From: an uncultured Saprospiraceae bacterium | Lineage (GTDB): Bacteria; Bacteroidota; Bacteroidia; Chitinophagales; Saprospiraceae | Direction of reading: 5' to 3' | DNA: 64,000 nt | Assembly: GCA_964621185.1 (NCBI GenBank) | Contig: CAZULM010000029.1 | Location: forward strand, 987 to 64,986 | Position numbers and translations under genes: made by a program | Shown: positions 62,601 through 64,000 of the stretch, piece after piece | Numbering within the stretch: the first letter of the stretch is position 1 | Layout: each line of letters starts with the position of its first letter | The notes under the pieces: generated by a model | The model's database searches: none | The model's input: the letters and a program-made list of their open reading frames with translations, nothing else | Told to the model about the DNA's origin: nothing

Positions 62601-64000
62601 ATGATCAATATTCGCCTTTTAATACCCTTTTTCGCGCTTTCCCTGCCTGTAGCGGCCCAGCCCGTACAGTTTTCTTGGGGGCATGAGGCTTTGCCCCTCA
62701 ATTTTAACGAAGCAAAACACCGGCCCCTCCCCGCCGCCCAGGAAATCGTGCTGGGGAAATACGCCCGTTACCTGCAATTCGAAAAAACGCTACATTCAGC
62801 AGCGCAAAGCGATTTGCAGGCTCTTGGCATCGATGTGCTCAGCTATGTTTACCCGGCCACTTACCTGCTCCTGCTGCCCGACGGCCTTGACTTGCAGCAG
62901 CTCCAGCGATTTTCGCCGCTGAGTATCGCGGCCCTGAAACCGGAATGGAAAATGGCCAAAAGCCTGCGGGAACCGCCTTACGGCTCCTGGGCCGTTCACG
63001 GCGGCTGGATCGACGTCAACCTCCAGCTTTTCCCGAACGTCCCCATCGAAACTGGCGCCCGCTGGTGCCGCGAAAACGGCATCGTTGTGCTGAAAGAAGG
63101 CAGCCAGAACGGTTTTTTACAGGCGAGCATACGCCAGGACGAAATCCTTGAAAAAGCCGCCTTGCCCTTTATCCGGTACCTGGAACTGCTGCCCCCGCCC
63201 GCCACCAAAGACGACACCCGCGCCCGCGCCATGCACCGCAGCAACATGCTGGACGTGGCGCACCCCTCCGGCAAAAAGTTCAACGGCGAGGGCGTGCGCG
63301 CCCTCGTGCGCGACGACGGGAAAATCGGGCCGCACATCGATTTCCAGGGCCGCTTGGTCAACTTGGCCGAAGGCCCGCCAGCCAAAGGCATCCACGGCGA
63401 TGCGGTCGCCGGCGTGCTGGGCGGCGCGGGCAACCTCGACCCCGGCAAAAAAGGCATGGCCGCCGGCGCCGAGATATTCTCCATCGACGTCGAGCAGGAA
63501 TTCCAGGACGCCACCCTGACCCTGCACCTCACCAAAGGCATCAACCTCACCAACACCTCCTACTCCAGCGGCTGCAACACCGGCTACACCATGGCCGCCC
63601 AAACCGTTGACAAACAGCTTTTTGAAAACCCCTCCCTGATGCACGTGTTCTCTTCGGGCAACTCCGGGCTCAACGACTGCAACTACGGCGCAGGGCCAAC
63701 CTGGGGCAACATCACGGGCGGCCACAAAATGGCCAAAAACGGCATCACCGTCGGCAACGTGGCCCAGGACGGCATGTTGGACCTCACTTCGAGCCGCGGC
63801 CCGGCACACGACGGGCGGCTCAAACCCGATATCTGCGCCAACGGCAAAAACCAGTTTTCCACCTCCATCGACAATGCCTACGTCGAGTTTGGCGGCACTT
63901 CGGGCGCTGCGCCCGGCATCGTCGGCTGCCTGGCTCAATTGACCCAAGCCTTCAAAAGCCAGCACAGCGGGCAAGTGCCGGATGCCAGCCTTTTAAAAGC
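62601..64000 (+). CDS. Subtilisin-like (S8) serine peptidase, 3' partial (runs off the window)
   Basis: Not in the ORF track because no stop is reached. My translation from the ATG at 62601 is open to base 64000. Signal peptide MINIRLLIPFFALSLPVAAQ. Candidate triad contexts LVRDDG (Asp), HGDAVAG (His), GGTSGAAPG (Ser), and oxyanion SSGNSG. Confidence 0.8.
   Translation, partial: MINIRLLIPFFALSLPVAAQPVQFSWGHEALPLNFNEAKHRPLPAAQEIVLGKYARYLQFEKTLHSAAQSDLQALGIDVLSYVYPATYLLLLPDGLDLQQLQRFSPLSIAALKPEWKMAKSLREPPYGSWAVHGGWIDVNLQLFPNVPIETGARWCRENGIVVLKEGSQNGFLQASIRQDEILEKAALPFIRYLELLPPPATKDDTRARAMHRSNMLDVAHPSGKKFNGEGVRALVRDDGKIGPHIDFQGRLVNLAEGPPAKGIHGDAVAGVLGGAGNLDPGKKGMAAGAEIFSIDVEQEFQDATLTLHLTKGINLTNTSYSSGCNTGYTMAAQTVDKQLFENPSLMHVFSSGNSGLNDCNYGAGPTWGNITGGHKMAKNGITVGNVAQDGMLDLTSSRGPAHDGRLKPDICANGKNQFSTSIDNAYVEFGGTSGAAPGIVGCLAQLTQAFKSQHSGQVPDASLLK

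Noticed and set aside
1-64000. Search for tRNA, rRNA, CRISPR arrays, transposases, integrases, and phage or conjugation genes
   Set aside because: None found by eye. There are no GTTCGAATC-type T-loops in the intergenic regions, no rRNA-like stretches, and no recombinase or transposase motifs among the ORFs. The repeat elements reported are therefore non-autonomous if they are mobile at all.

Overview
64-kb chromosomal segment, about 55-60% GC with several sharply AT-rich patches. It is almost certainly from a Bacteroidota genome: many ORFs carry T9SS C-terminal sorting domains, TAnnTTTG -7 promoter boxes recur, and NosZ is the Sec-type clade II form. Any finer taxonomic guess (a Saprospiraceae-like organism) is inference only. 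All protein calls come from motif recognition by eye; no searches were run.

Content:
- Surface proteins: 12 predicted T9SS cargo genes occupy about 35 kb (55%) of the window. They are a CotH/beta-helix/LTD protein, two tandem beta-propeller paralogs, an LRR protein, an esterase/SdrD-like protein, a 2125-aa PKD giant, a GH13 amylase, a 1855-aa SprB-like type-B-CTD adhesin, a 1383-aa protein and three tandem paralogs. A 3'-partial S8 peptidase follows.
- Purine catabolism: DMT transporter, xdhA, xdhB, xdhC and guaD, with xdhB and xdhC separated by an AT-rich AbiEii-type toxin-antitoxin-like insert.
- A 1003-aa kinase-M23-aminotransferase fusion.
- Clade II N2O-reductase operon: cytochrome c, nosZ, membrane-domain/nosL, nosD, fasciclin, nosF, nosY.
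- A UvrD-type helicase with an embedded nuclease-like module.
- A K+-dependent-type membrane pyrophosphatase with a Q-rich tail.

No rRNA, tRNA, CRISPR array, transposase or integrase was seen.

Most notable non-genic signals:
- Two copies of a ~160-bp element whose 24-bp terminal stems show compensatory changes.
- Three copies of a ~100-bp element with helically phased AATCA motifs.
- A 101-nt near-perfect stem-loop after nosZ.
- A G12 tract inside the 5' coding region of a large surface protein.
- Identical GC-rich CTD-encoding 3' modules joined to divergent AT-rich 5' gene bodies.
- An orphan type-A CTD fragment in frame behind the stop codon of the type-B adhesin.
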